From the IMG/VR virus record IMGVR_UViG_3300011429_000004, positions 331 through 64,330 of that record: a stretch of 64,000 bases of DNA, one strand, 5' to 3'. Below, piece after piece: positions 47,491 through 57,464 of this stretch. The translations under genes were made by a program, and so were the position numbers. How positions within the stretch are numbered: the first letter of the stretch is position 1; each line of letters starts with the position of its first letter. Below the pieces are notes generated by a model. The model was not told where the DNA came from. It saw nothing but the letters and a program-made list of their open reading frames with translations, and made no database searches. This stretch comes from a virus.

Positions 47491-47865
47491 TCAACTAGGG
47501 TTTTGTGCTGGATGCAAATATTTTTTGATGTCGGGGTTGCCCATCACTAGGTCCAAGAATTTATCCATGTCACAGGCTAAGCGACCATCTGTGCGCTCAA
47601 ACTTAGGCAAATAGTGCATATAAAAATAATATACTAAAAGAACTCTAATTAATTCTTGCTTTGATACTTGTACTCTTGCAGTGCCCACTGGTTTAGTAAG
47701 CAAATAGTGCTCACTAACATGTTCATATATGTACAACTGATGTTTAAGCCAATACTCACAGTTATAGAGCTTAGGATGTTTATCTGAAATTAACCACTGA
47801 TAGAACTGTTCCTCTACAGTTGTATTTACATCTGCGCCTATTAGGTCGAATACGTCATCTGACAT
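47491..47865 (-). CDS. Hypothetical protein.
   Basis: 124 aa ORF, AT-rich. Confidence 0.3.
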   Translation of the reverse strand: MSDDVFDLIGADVNTTVEEQFYQWLISDKHPKLYNCEYWLKHQLYIYEHVSEHYLLTKPVGTARVQVSKQELIRVLLVYYFYMHYLPKFERTDGRLACDMDKFLDLVMGNPDIKKYLHPAQNPS

Positions 47866-47907
47866 TGTTTTTACTCCTTCCGTGCCTGTAGGCCCGACCA
47901 GTCGTAG

Positions 47908-48237
47908 TTAGCTTAACTTCCCTTTGTTGAAGGCGGCTACTACAGGGTTCACTTTTTCAGTAAATTCATTTTTAGTAGATGCTTTTTTAACATATACATC
48001 TATTGTCTCTAGACCTTGCTTCTCTATCAGCCTCATAAAACCACTAAGAAGTGTTTTTGCTTCTTCTGGAGATACCTTATCAAGCATAGTTGTAAAGCTA
48101 TATATCATTACTTCTCCGAGTGCAGTGATAGCTATTCCTTTTTCAGTCTTAGCGAGTGAGAACAAAGCATTAATAGCTCTTACAAGAGTGTCTATTTGGT
48201 AGTTTTGCTCTGGTGTCGGTCTATCTGAAATAGTCAT
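47908..48237 (-). CDS. Hypothetical protein.
   Basis: 109 aa ORF. Confidence 0.3.
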   Translation of the reverse strand: MTISDRPTPEQNYQIDTLVRAINALFSLAKTEKGIAITALGEVMIYSFTTMLDKVSPEEAKTLLSGFMRLIEKQGLETIDVYVKKASTKNEFTEKVNPVVAAFNKGKLS

Positions 48238-48658
48238 AGTGTTACTCCTATCTTATTAGTGCCACTAAGCACTCGCTCACTGGCATGTGTGGACCCTTGG
48301 TAAGCTTATATACAACAGCTAAGCCTACCACACTAGAGAATAGCGCACCAATAGTAAAAGAAGTAACAATACTTTTCATTTACTTACCTCTGATCCTGTA
48401 GGATCAACCTGGTTGTTAATACCCATATATAGTTGCATCTGATATTTTATCTCGTGCCACAGCTAGGCGCAGTGCGTCCTTGGCCTCAACATACGTCTTA
48501 AACCTTGTTGCTTGCTTAAAGGCAGTGACCCATTCCCAATGGGAGCCATCTTCCCAGATGTTAAGATATCGCTTACCTTTGAGAACGCCGAGAGTTACTA
48601 TATACATCTTGTTTCCTTTCATTCGCTCTGCGCTGTTGCGCAACCGCTTATGGAGTGA

Positions 48659-48949
48659 CTAGTACTTCATCGCCTTGTTATCTACAACTATTAACAGACG
48701 CATACCACTGACTTCAATGTTGGTGAACGCTTGATCTAATAGTTTTTCACCGTCACGCTTACTGGCCTCAAGAACTACCATAGGTATACCGTCCACTTGG
48801 TGCATGAGACGCCATAGATTAAGCTCCGGCAGCCACCCAAAACATAGCACATCAGACTTTGAATAAGTTTTAATATTTGCGCTTTGAAGCGCAAACATTT
48901 TAATTTGGTTAACTGTGTCTTGTGTGGGCATGTTATATGCAACTCTCAA
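48659..48949 (-). CDS. Hypothetical protein.
   Basis: 96 aa ORF. Confidence 0.25.
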   Translation of the reverse strand: MRVAYNMPTQDTVNQIKMFALQSANIKTYSKSDVLCFGWLPELNLWRLMHQVDGIPMVVLEASKRDGEKLLDQAFTNIEVSGMRLLIVVDNKAMKY

Positions 48950-49074
48950 TTAGTATTAATTTTATTGAGTCATGGTTTCTGCCAAATATTTCATTAGAAA
49001 AATCGCCTAAGTACAACATAAAAAATTTTGTAGTTGTACTATCAAAATAAGTAATTGTTACGTTGTATCCCATA

Positions 49075-49911
49075 TTATGCCTCCACCTGCACGTTGCCAT
49101 GTTTCTTTAACATAGTTTTAACCCATGCGATTGGGTCTCGCAGCATTAGTTCATCGCCACCATGACCGCCTTCAATTAAGATATCGTTAACATCACAACC
49201 ACAAATGTCCCGACGATTGCGACAGAAGGGAATAGACGACATTCGCCTATAGTCTGCTTGAGCGTGCACCGTGGTAAACATCAGGCGCCGACAGTACGCG
49301 GGGTTAGTGAGCATGTACACGGCTCGCCCTAGGTCTAAGGGGTGACTGTCAAGCTTCACTATGGCGCCGTACACGCGCGAATTATAGGCCGGATCACCAA
49401 AACTGCAAGCGTAAAGCTCGACAGGGCGCTGCATCCCCAAGGCCATAACTAAGGCCAAGCACGCTACGCCACGATTAATTAACTCCGCGTGCGATAGCGA
49501 AGCGGAGACAGTTGTCTCTATGAACACCTTAAGAGGCGTAGTCTCTACTTGATTTTCTGAGTGTGATCGCACCAACATATCCTCGGGATGCCCCATAAGA
49601 ACAGCTGGAACGTTAGGCACATACCCTTGAATAGATGAAACAATGATAGGTTGCCCTTGAGTAAATACGTGGGCGTCACGCATCTTGTCTATGATTTTTT
49701 CGGCTTGCTCCAAGCCTTTAGTGTCACCATTAATAAGCCTAGACACTGCGGAATTAAAATCCCCACCACTAAATGAGTTGTCTTGCCAGCCTTCACAAGC
49801 GCTAACCATATCCCTAGGAATAGTCTCAAGCCATTGAGCATATGCAGCTGGGTTTTCAAACCTCATTGCATAGTCGTCTTCTATTGGTGACTGTCTTGGG
49901 ATACTAGGCAT
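49075..49911 (-). CDS. Hypothetical protein, a probable partner of the downstream AAA_5 ATPase.
   Basis: 278 aa, moderately GC-rich. Immediately downstream of the ATPase gene on the same strand. Confidence 0.35.
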   Translation of the reverse strand: MPSIPRQSPIEDDYAMRFENPAAYAQWLETIPRDMVSACEGWQDNSFSGGDFNSAVSRLINGDTKGLEQAEKIIDKMRDAHVFTQGQPIIVSSIQGYVPNVPAVLMGHPEDMLVRSHSENQVETTPLKVFIETTVSASLSHAELINRGVACLALVMALGMQRPVELYACSFGDPAYNSRVYGAIVKLDSHPLDLGRAVYMLTNPAYCRRLMFTTVHAQADYRRMSSIPFCRNRRDICGCDVNDILIEGGHGGDELMLRDPIAWVKTMLKKHGNVQVEA

Positions 49912-49954
49912 TTTATGTTCTCCGCTCTAAGCCTGTAGGCTCAACCGCGCATGG

Positions 49955-51718
49955 TTACTTTATCATATTCCATTGCGCATCGCTAAGACCCTGCTTTAGT
50001 GTGGCGTGCTCAACTAGTTCTTGAGATACACCAGCCGCTAAAAGCGCTTCACCATAGATCGACGCCCTAGGAGTGATAGTATAGCCTTGAATAGATGAAT
50101 TTCCGGTTTCTAGCTTACGGCGAACCTGCCTAACTCTAGCAAGCCAAGTCTTGTTGGCACACAGCGCATCCTCTAGAGCCTCGTCTAATGGCCAATGCAG
50201 GAACACAAAACGATTGGTCAAGGCAAAATCTTGCTTGAACCGACCAACGTATTGCACGGTGCCACCCATGCCACAAGTGTTAGCACCGGCTACAATGATG
50301 CACTGATGATGCCTGGGGACCATCTTATCGGGGAATGAGGCTAGGCCGTTAGCTAATGCACCATTTAGCGCAAGCAAAGCATCAGGCATAGAGCCGTCAA
50401 TCTCATCGAACATATAGACGCCACCATGCTCCCATGCTTCCCTAAATGCAGTAGACATAAATTGCCCATTGGCGTTTATGAAGCCTTGCAGCTGGAACGC
50501 TGTTGCGATAGCGCCATTGTAACGGTATTTGTGTTGGCCGGGAAAGAACACCTCGGCAAGCTTCTCTGCGGCTGTAGTCTTGCCCGTACCGGCTGGACCG
50601 TGCAACCATATGTTGCAATGTGCACCTGATCTAAGCTTGGCGCTGGCGAATTGAACCAATGCAGGAAAGCAACGATGCTGCACGCCCATGTTGAGCGGCG
50701 GCAGGTCTACGCGCTTTAGTTCGATGATTGTTGGCGCTTTTAACTGTATTTTAGCTGTTTCCTCATCGATATATTTGCGTAGCGCGCTTCCAACGTTTTC
50801 TACAACTTTAATTAGTTGTTCACCGTTGACATAGTTCTTAGATTGCAACAAAGCATGAGTAACAAACTGTGAAATGTCAAGTTGCATCTTAATGTCGGGC
50901 TGGCCATTAGGCTTAGGTGTCTCAGTTGTACCATTGTTATATTCTACTTTAGTGTCGTCGGGGAGTTCCGGCAGCATATCATCAAATATCTTGGACTCGT
51001 CTTGCCCCAATACTTTATCCTTGTTGCGCGCGCCTTGCGGACGGCCAACTTTATAGCGCGACCGCGCCATATTGTGTGCTTGGTTTAGATCGTTCTCAAG
51101 GAAATACTTTTGCAGATAGGCTGCGAGCGCACCAGCGTTATACTTAAAACGCTCATCAATGTCGAAACGGGAATAGTAAGGCGTGTTTTGGACCTCCCAC
51201 AGACATTGCAGCATCATGCGAAGATGCTTGTAGTTTTGCCCGTATTGCTTGCGAACGTATTCCGAGCCGGTCATTTTATCCCCCGTTGTATCGTCTCGCT
51301 CCGCGCCTGGACGCGACCGCTCGACTGGTGTTGTGCTCTTATTATAGGGCGGGGAGTATTTATAATCAACTAAAGATTGTTTAGTTGTGTTATTTAGTTG
51401 CTCAATCTTAGGTTGCAAAGGTAAAGGTAAAAAGTATAGTTGATTTTTTATGAATTTATCTAAAGCCGCATTAAATTTTTTGAGTTCATTTTCTGTTGTT
51501 AGTTGTGTATAAATCTCTTGGGCTAAGATAGGATTCTTATTTTGTGTTATTATATCATCTTTAATTAATGGTTGCTCGCTCGGTGGCGCAGGACCATTGT
51601 ATATAGTATCTCTTTGGTTTGTTGATTGTGGTGGCGACGCAAATCGTGTGCGATACTCGCAGCAAAACGCGCAATCGCAGTCTGATCTGTAATCAGATGG
51701 GCCGTCATAGGTTGACAT
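49955..51718 (-). CDS. AAA+ ATPase of the AAA_5 (MoxR/CbbQ/McrB-like) type with a long N-terminal extension bearing a Cys cluster.
   Basis: Walker A HGPAGTGKTT, Walker B VYMFDEIDG, then ALLALNGAL. N-terminal CDCAFCCEY. Codon composition shifts within the gene. Confidence 0.55.
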   Translation of the reverse strand: MSTYDGPSDYRSDCDCAFCCEYRTRFASPPQSTNQRDTIYNGPAPPSEQPLIKDDIITQNKNPILAQEIYTQLTTENELKKFNAALDKFIKNQLYFLPLPLQPKIEQLNNTTKQSLVDYKYSPPYNKSTTPVERSRPGAERDDTTGDKMTGSEYVRKQYGQNYKHLRMMLQCLWEVQNTPYYSRFDIDERFKYNAGALAAYLQKYFLENDLNQAHNMARSRYKVGRPQGARNKDKVLGQDESKIFDDMLPELPDDTKVEYNNGTTETPKPNGQPDIKMQLDISQFVTHALLQSKNYVNGEQLIKVVENVGSALRKYIDEETAKIQLKAPTIIELKRVDLPPLNMGVQHRCFPALVQFASAKLRSGAHCNIWLHGPAGTGKTTAAEKLAEVFFPGQHKYRYNGAIATAFQLQGFINANGQFMSTAFREAWEHGGVYMFDEIDGSMPDALLALNGALANGLASFPDKMVPRHHQCIIVAGANTCGMGGTVQYVGRFKQDFALTNRFVFLHWPLDEALEDALCANKTWLARVRQVRRKLETGNSSIQGYTITPRASIYGEALLAAGVSQELVEHATLKQGLSDAQWNMIK

Positions 51719-51784
51719 AGATTGGTGCCCTTTTCTATGTTAGCCTTGTATATAACACAAATACGAGCGGTTGTCAAAACAGAG

Positions 51785-51875
51785 AGACCACGCCTAGGCG
51801 CTTGAGATACAACCCGTGGGGGACTGATTGTATCGCCGCGACCGATCTAGGCGTGGTCAGTTCGTAGGATAGCAG
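51785..51875. repeat. 12-bp inverted repeat (gaccacgcctag / ctaggcgtggtc) flanking ~60 nt, upstream of the ATPase gene.
   Basis: Seen directly in the sequence. CTAG-containing like the other structured elements. Confidence 0.5.
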
Positions 51876-51882
51876 AGATGGG

Positions 51883-52143
51883 TTAAGAAACTGCTACTCC
51901 TTTTGCATCAATGTAGCCTCTAAGCTTTGGCGCACGCTTGCGCGGCTTCTTTGCTGTGCGGTCATTCATGCAAGCGCGATAAAATCGATCAGACTGATAG
52001 CGTGGATTAGTGCCGCGCAAAGCGTTAGATATAGCCTGCGCAATCTCAAACTTGTAATATTGCTCGCCTTCCTTGAATTGGTCAAAGATCGCATCTGCAA
52101 GCTTGTTGTAGTCTTTACGTGTCATGGCCATGTTATTTCCCAT
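51883..52143 (-). CDS. Hypothetical small basic protein.
   Basis: 86 aa ORF. Confidence 0.3.
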   Translation of the reverse strand: MGNNMAMTRKDYNKLADAIFDQFKEGEQYYKFEIAQAISNALRGTNPRYQSDRFYRACMNDRTAKKPRKRAPKLRGYIDAKGVAVS

Positions 52144-52435
52144 CTCCGTTTGCTAACTTCTCACAACGATAGGCTGAAAAGCTTATGATGCCGTAAATTG
52201 CTAGTTGAACAACACCAGCAACAACAATGGCGACGTTGGCGCCACAAACAAGATTAGCTAGGAACGCGGCGATTGTAGTGCAGAGCATAGAGTCCATGAT
52301 CGCGTTTTGTGCAGTGGCCATAACGACTAGTTTAGCTAGTTCTGGCTCTTGGCGCTCTATCGCTTTGATGACACTTGCGGCTGTAAGTCTAGACATCTGA
52401 TTTCCCTTTAGTCTTGGCGTAACCCTGCATTGCAA
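52133..52435 (-). CDS. Small membrane protein.
   Basis: Hydrophobic stretch LCTTIAAFLANLVCGANVAIVVAGVVQLAIYGIISF. Confidence 0.3.
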   Translation of the reverse strand: MQCRVTPRLKGNQMSRLTAASVIKAIERQEPELAKLVVMATAQNAIMDSMLCTTIAAFLANLVCGANVAIVVAGVVQLAIYGIISFSAYRCEKLANGDGK

Positions 52436-52867
52436 GATAGCTGTGAATAGTTGATACTTTGATATGGTGAGGTGTTCCGCCCATCAAGAAATACATTTCA
52501 AGACAGGCTTTGATTGTTGCACTGTCTATGTTGTATTTACGGGATAATAGAATGGAGATTGTTGTCATTGTTGCCCCTTTTCATTCGCTCCGCGCTGGTG
52601 CGCGACCGCTCATGAATTTACTTTGTCCATTCGGCTCTAGCCTTTGCTTCGAGCGATGCAAGATCACGCAGGAAATTGCGCTGCATGATTGTCGGCACGA
52701 ATTGGCCAGCCGTGTCGGCCTTGACAAGGTCGCGTTGCGCCTCGATCATTTGAAGGATCAGATAGTTGTCGCGCTTGTCATAGTTCTTAATGCGGTTTTT
52801 GCGGTTCCAGGACATTGTAGTTCCCCTTTTAAGCTCTTAATCGCTTCGCGATACGTGCCTAGCTGCG

Positions 52868-53209
52868 CTAGGCTGTTTCAGTGAATAGTGTCTCACACTC
52901 ATCTTGAGAAATGGTAAATTCGGTTTTGTGTTTTTCAAACCAAGATTGCAGCTCAATCGCGCTGCCAAACAAGGATACATCAGCTGCCCAGCGGTCCACA
53001 CATTGGCGGCAGTCGATCTTGCCTGCTACGATTTGGTCGACTAATAGTTTGACAAAATCAGGACCATATGCGTTAATCATACCATGTAGATCATACTCTA
53101 CTGCGAATAGGCGCACAAGATAGCCTTGGGCTTTGGATATTTTGGAGGGGTTTTTACGACGGGATGCCATGGGAGTTCTCCTTGGTTGTATAGAAGAAGA
53201 TACACCCAA
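52868..53209 (-). CDS. Hypothetical protein.
   Basis: 113 aa ORF. Confidence 0.3.
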   Translation of the reverse strand: MGVSSSIQPRRTPMASRRKNPSKISKAQGYLVRLFAVEYDLHGMINAYGPDFVKLLVDQIVAGKIDCRQCVDRWAADVSLFGSAIELQSWFEKHKTEFTISQDECETLFTETA

Positions 53210-53220
53210 TTAGTTAAATA

Positions 53221-53463
53221 TCACTTAACGCGCCAACACATTTTGTGTTTAACAGATATTTCAAAGCGCTTGAAATTATGCTCTGGGTTTTCCCATTCTT
53301 TGTGCCTAAATACGTTGCGCATTTTTTGACAGCGATGTACGTCAGTAATGTCTGTAAGTTCAAAACTAGAGCCAATTGGCATTGTATAGAACTCCTGCCA
53401 ATCAGATAAGTCTAGCCTAGGCTTTTTTGGTGGGATAGGTATATTTGTTAGAAGCTTTCTCAT
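53221..53463 (-). CDS. Hypothetical protein. First gene of the leftward operon leaving the regulatory hub.
   Basis: 80 aa ORF. Confidence 0.25.
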   Translation of the reverse strand: MRKLLTNIPIPPKKPRLDLSDWQEFYTMPIGSSFELTDITDVHRCQKMRNVFRHKEWENPEHNFKRFEISVKHKMCWRVK

Positions 53464-53499
53464 ATGATGTATCCTTGTAGTTGCGCGACTGATCCGTGT

Positions 53500-54500
53500 A
53501 CGTCATGCCGGATATGCCAGATAGAACGGTCTAATCTCTCTTTGTATGGGGAAGAAAGATGTATATAGTATTAACATTCTTATACATTGATATAGTAGTC
53601 TATCTGGCATATCCGACAGGATACCTCGAAACGCCATATATAGAGCCATCTACAGCAATTGTCAATTGAACAGCTATCGAACGGCTATCGGTCGGATAAG
53701 CGGCAGGACGTGTACAGAGTTTCCCGTGGAGCGTGTAATTGTATATATACAACCACAAGGCGAGTTACCTGTAGGATAGCCCGATTTTCATGGTACATAT
53801 CTGGCGGATAGATAATGAATGGAAACAGCGTTCAATTGCAAATCCATGTATTAATACTCTCTTAATGCATATACAACCTATAGCAACTCATTACTTATTG
53901 CTTTTCCATTAATACTCATGTCAAGTAAAATAATTGTGATCTCGCAACTGCTAACAATTCGCATAATATCTGTTATGTAAAATATCAGCGATAACGAAGA
54001 TGTGATAGTGATGTTCTGGGTATGTTCTATTAATACAGGTATATACAACTCTTATGTTCCCGCTTTGTTGTAATATATTATTAACTCAACTAGGTTATAC
54101 TGATTTCAGGATCGAGAAACGGAGAAATACAATGCTCGCGCATCTTTACGGCAAACCCGGCAAGTGGTATCTTGACGTAACAGATATGGAGGGGCGCACA
54201 ATCATATTGATTGATGTGAAGAACAAGAGAGAAGCGCGCAAGATTTGTAAGGTATATAATTACAAAGAATGGAATTTCTAAGAGCAGCAAACTGGTGAGC
54301 AATCACCAGTATTGCACCATTTAGTTGTATATACAACTTGGTGGACTGCAGCTATGCGGAGCACGCATAGGTTAAGATTGTATTACGATGTAGATGCAAC
54401 TCGGGCAACATATATATTTATTTTCGTGTGGAAATTAACGTTTTAGAAAAGAAGGTATGGTACTATACCCCCCCTGGACCCCCCCAGCCAGAAACACGGT
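53500..54500. promoter_or_regulatory. About 1 kb AT-rich regulatory hub. It has four copies of a TATATACAAC motif, a 16-17-bp inverted repeat pair (ccggatatgccagatag / ctatctggcatatccg) and two C7 homopolymer tracts.
   Basis: Motif copies at ~53741, 53870, 54038, 54320. Inverted repeat at 53508-53524 and 53600-53616. C7 tracts at 54466-54487. Divergent transcription units on either side. Confidence 0.45.
54132..54281 (+). CDS. Small hypothetical protein inside the regulatory hub.
   Basis: Internal ATG (MLAHLYGKPGKWY) of the tracked ORF 54054-54281. Confidence 0.2.
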   Translation: MLAHLYGKPGKWYLDVTDMEGRTIILIDVKNKREARKICKVYNYKEWNF

Positions 54501-54886
54501 CTAAAATCACATTTCCACATTGCGAGAAAATTTCTCAAGTTCTCTCCATCCTGTCCAACTTAACTTAGCTAAACTTATCTTATGAAACTTAACTCCACTA
54601 TTTATTATTTGGTCATATTTATATAAAGCTTTCCAACCATTTAAATAATTTCTAGTATATATTCTATACATAGGAACATTATTAAGAGTAGCGTTGCTAT
54701 GAGTATCATCATATATAACTATAATCTTATACATCTTTTTTCTTCACCTCCGCTATATTCCACCCCTTCTTCATACAATACTGTACCACTTTCTCAATCT
54801 TCCATTTATCCCTTGCCATATAGTACACAATGGGGGCAGCTGTAGTAACTACCCCATTTACAGTCTCTATGCCTGAAGTAAAGTAA

Positions 54887-55225
54887 TTACTCTTTATTTG
54901 GTATAGCTTCACTAACATTCTTTATCTCTATATTATTCACAAAACTAATACCAACCGTCTCTAAGACTCTTTTACTTACTTCATCTGCCCTTGGATCAGG
55001 GTTCTCTGTAAGTATATTTCCAAACGCTGCACCAATACCAATAGTTAAATAATCAAACTCACTAAGAGCCAACATAGTTAACATCTCTAATTTCTTAGAG
55101 CGAACACCTTTGTTGGTTTTCTTAAACTCTTCGTGAAGTTTTCCTACATCTACTTCAAAGGTAAATAATTTCTTTGTCATTTGATGCGCTCCTTGCGATA
55201 AAAATTCGTGCTTGACTTGTATCAT
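54887..55225 (-). CDS. Hypothetical protein.
   Basis: 112 aa ORF. Confidence 0.3.
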   Translation of the reverse strand: MIQVKHEFLSQGAHQMTKKLFTFEVDVGKLHEEFKKTNKGVRSKKLEMLTMLALSEFDYLTIGIGAAFGNILTENPDPRADEVSKRVLETVGISFVNNIEIKNVSEAIPNKE

Positions 55226-55296
55226 ACCTCTATCCGAAAGTCAACCCTGAAAGGAGGCGGCGGTTTAAGAGTAAACAGGTTCTTGCCCTTGTCCCG

Positions 55297-55842
55297 TTGG
55301 CTCCCCCGCCTTCTTTCACTTTACGACTGGTTGTGCTTACAAGCACAGAAGGAGTAGATAAAATTAAAAGGTATAGAATAAATAAAAGAAGATTAAAGGT
55401 TGCAGAGAGAACTCGCCTCGCTAGGGATGTTCTCTATGATGGTATGGTTAATTTTGAAACCCGCGCTAAGCAATGCCTAGCAGTAATGATAGATAGTATT
55501 AAAGGGCAACAAAAATCTAACTACGCTGAGCTTAAACTACTTTATCAAGAGTTTCGTAAATGTCAAGAGCTAGCTGCTGACTATGCACATAAGCTAGCAC
55601 CATATCAATCTCCAAAACTTGAGTCTATAGAAGTAAAATCTCAAGTTGAGCATAGATATGTAATGCGTGTGCCACATCAAATGAAATCCACCGACGAATG
55701 GACTAAAGCAACAGGGGCCTCTAAAGTGTCTCTAGAAGAGATGACTAAGCATAGCAAGAATAATATGACTAAAGTAACTAAAGATGTAGTTGAAGCAGAG
55801 TACGAAGAAGATAATTATGTTGAGCCCGGAATGGTGCATTAG
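55297..55842 (+). CDS. Hypothetical protein at the head of the packaging module. Small-terminase/DNA-binding role is possible by position only.
   Basis: 181 aa, K/R-rich N-terminus. Confidence 0.25.
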   Translation: MAPPPSFTLRLVVLTSTEGVDKIKRYRINKRRLKVAERTRLARDVLYDGMVNFETRAKQCLAVMIDSIKGQQKSNYAELKLLYQEFRKCQELAADYAHKLAPYQSPKLESIEVKSQVEHRYVMRVPHQMKSTDEWTKATGASKVSLEEMTKHSKNNMTKVTKDVVEAEYEEDNYVEPGMVH

Positions 55843-56249
55843 GCTCACGAGCGGTTGCACCCCAGCGCAGAGCGAGAGATACAATGCCTTTTGATAGAAA
55901 CCGTACACCTATTGCAGGTGATTTAAAACTTATAACAGTTAGTGTATCCACTGTTGCGAGCGCAAGTGTTCCTACAGGTTATAGAGGATTATTTCTTATT
56001 ACAAGCTGCTCTATGACTATTGTAACTCCTGGAGGTACTTCTGTTCCTCTTGATAACCTTGCTAAGAACTCTTTCATTTGGATGGAGATAGCTTTTGTGA
56101 GTGTAATAGCTACAGCAACATCAGCGTATGGAATTATATGAAAGTGCTTAAAGAAGTAGTGTGTAAGAAATGTAAAACTAAATACGAAACGCCGAAAGGC
56201 GCTGAGAGTAAGTTTAAATTTTGGTTTTGTGTGGAGTGTAAATATAACA

Positions 56250-56846
56250 ATGGACTTAAATAGACGAGGGTTCTTCAAACTTCTAGGTGGTGGCATAGCT
56301 TGCGCCATACTGCCGTCTATAGTTCTAGCCAAAGAAGTAATACAAGTACCTGTAGAGTTTGGTTGGACTTGGTTTATTAAACCCACTGATCTACCTTTGG
56401 AATTAGCTAAGACTATTCCTAACATAATGGCGTCCAATACCCAAAAGATTTATGATTCTACAGCAAGAGATAAACATTTATTATTAGACCTAAAAGAACT
56501 ACCTCACAGCCAAGTAAAATTAAATTTAAGCTATATAAGTGAAGACGAACAAAATAAGCGTATGATCCAGCGTATGGCCGACAGAAAAAATAAAAGAGAA
56601 AAAGATAAATTATATTATAAAAATAAATTTGAACAACAAGATAAAATAATAGAAGATACAGAGGCTAATAATAAACACCTATATAAAGAAACAAGGATTA
56701 AGTACTGGGAAAACAGAGTAGCTAGTCTAGAAAGAAACATAGAGAAAGACGCAAAATTAGCTAATCCTAATATAGATGCATACACATATTGGGACAAAGC
56801 TTTGAGACACGCTAATAAAGAACTTAATCTAGCTAGGAGCGCATAA
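56250..56846 (+). CDS. Secreted protein with a twin-arginine (Tat) signal peptide.
   Basis: MDLNRRGFFKLLGGGIACAILPSIVLA-KE. RRxFFK motif, hydrophobic core and AxA-like cleavage site (VLA). Lys-rich helical C-terminus. Confidence 0.45.
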   Translation: MDLNRRGFFKLLGGGIACAILPSIVLAKEVIQVPVEFGWTWFIKPTDLPLELAKTIPNIMASNTQKIYDSTARDKHLLLDLKELPHSQVKLNLSYISEDEQNKRMIQRMADRKNKREKDKLYYKNKFEQQDKIIEDTEANNKHLYKETRIKYWENRVASLERNIEKDAKLANPNIDAYTYWDKALRHANKELNLARSA

Positions 56847-56848
56847 AT

Positions 56849-57175
56849 ATGTCAACTAACCCAGTTAAACCCGGTAAAGGTCAGTTCAACGGAAAAAACA
56901 GCGGCGGTACACACCGTAATACTCCTGTTTCTGGTCAAATGAAAGCAGGTACTGCGCACTGTCTTGGAGAAAGAGCAGGTAGGTTTGGTAGTAGAATGGG
57001 TGGTGGCGGGGGCACTGATGTTCGCCGTGGCGCCACATTCAGCGGCGGAACATCTAGACTATCTAATGCCGACAAAGCCGGTGGTCAACATGGTGCAGGT
57101 CACTCTAAACAGCCCGGCGGGCACGGTAAACAAGGTAAGTTTGCTGATACGTCCCATAAGGGGCATACGAAGTAA
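56849..57175 (+). CDS. Gly-rich, highly basic small protein.
   Basis: 108 aa, G/K/R/H-rich. Confidence 0.3.
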   Translation: MSTNPVKPGKGQFNGKNSGGTHRNTPVSGQMKAGTAHCLGERAGRFGSRMGGGGGTDVRRGATFSGGTSRLSNADKAGGQHGAGHSKQPGGHGKQGKFADTSHKGHTK

Positions 57176-57464
57176 ATGACCAGATATATGTACCTATTTA
57201 GTGGGCCATATATTTATGTAGTAGAAAGAGAGGCTTCAATGGCAACTCGTAAATCTCATCCTAAACCAATCGACATCGCCAACCCTCAAGAAAACTTTGT
57301 AAAAGCTTGTTACGAGAATCATAACGATACTGAGGGTTTCTACGATTATATGTATCCAAGAATGAGTATAAACGGCGAAACTCCAGCTAAAACTAAAGCA
57401 CATAATACTCACGGACATTCTATTGGTCAACGTGCAGGTAAGTTAAGATTATCAGGTACAGCTG

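Noticed and set aside
53700-54350. Repeated TATATACAAC motifs as a CRISPR array
   Set aside because: Only ~10-bp motifs with irregular spacing (130-280 bp) and no repeat-spacer periodicity. Better explained as promoter/iteron elements. No cas genes.
55297-55842. Confident small-terminase annotation
   Set aside because: Support is positional only, and four unrelated ORFs separate it from the large terminase. Kept as hypothetical with low confidence.
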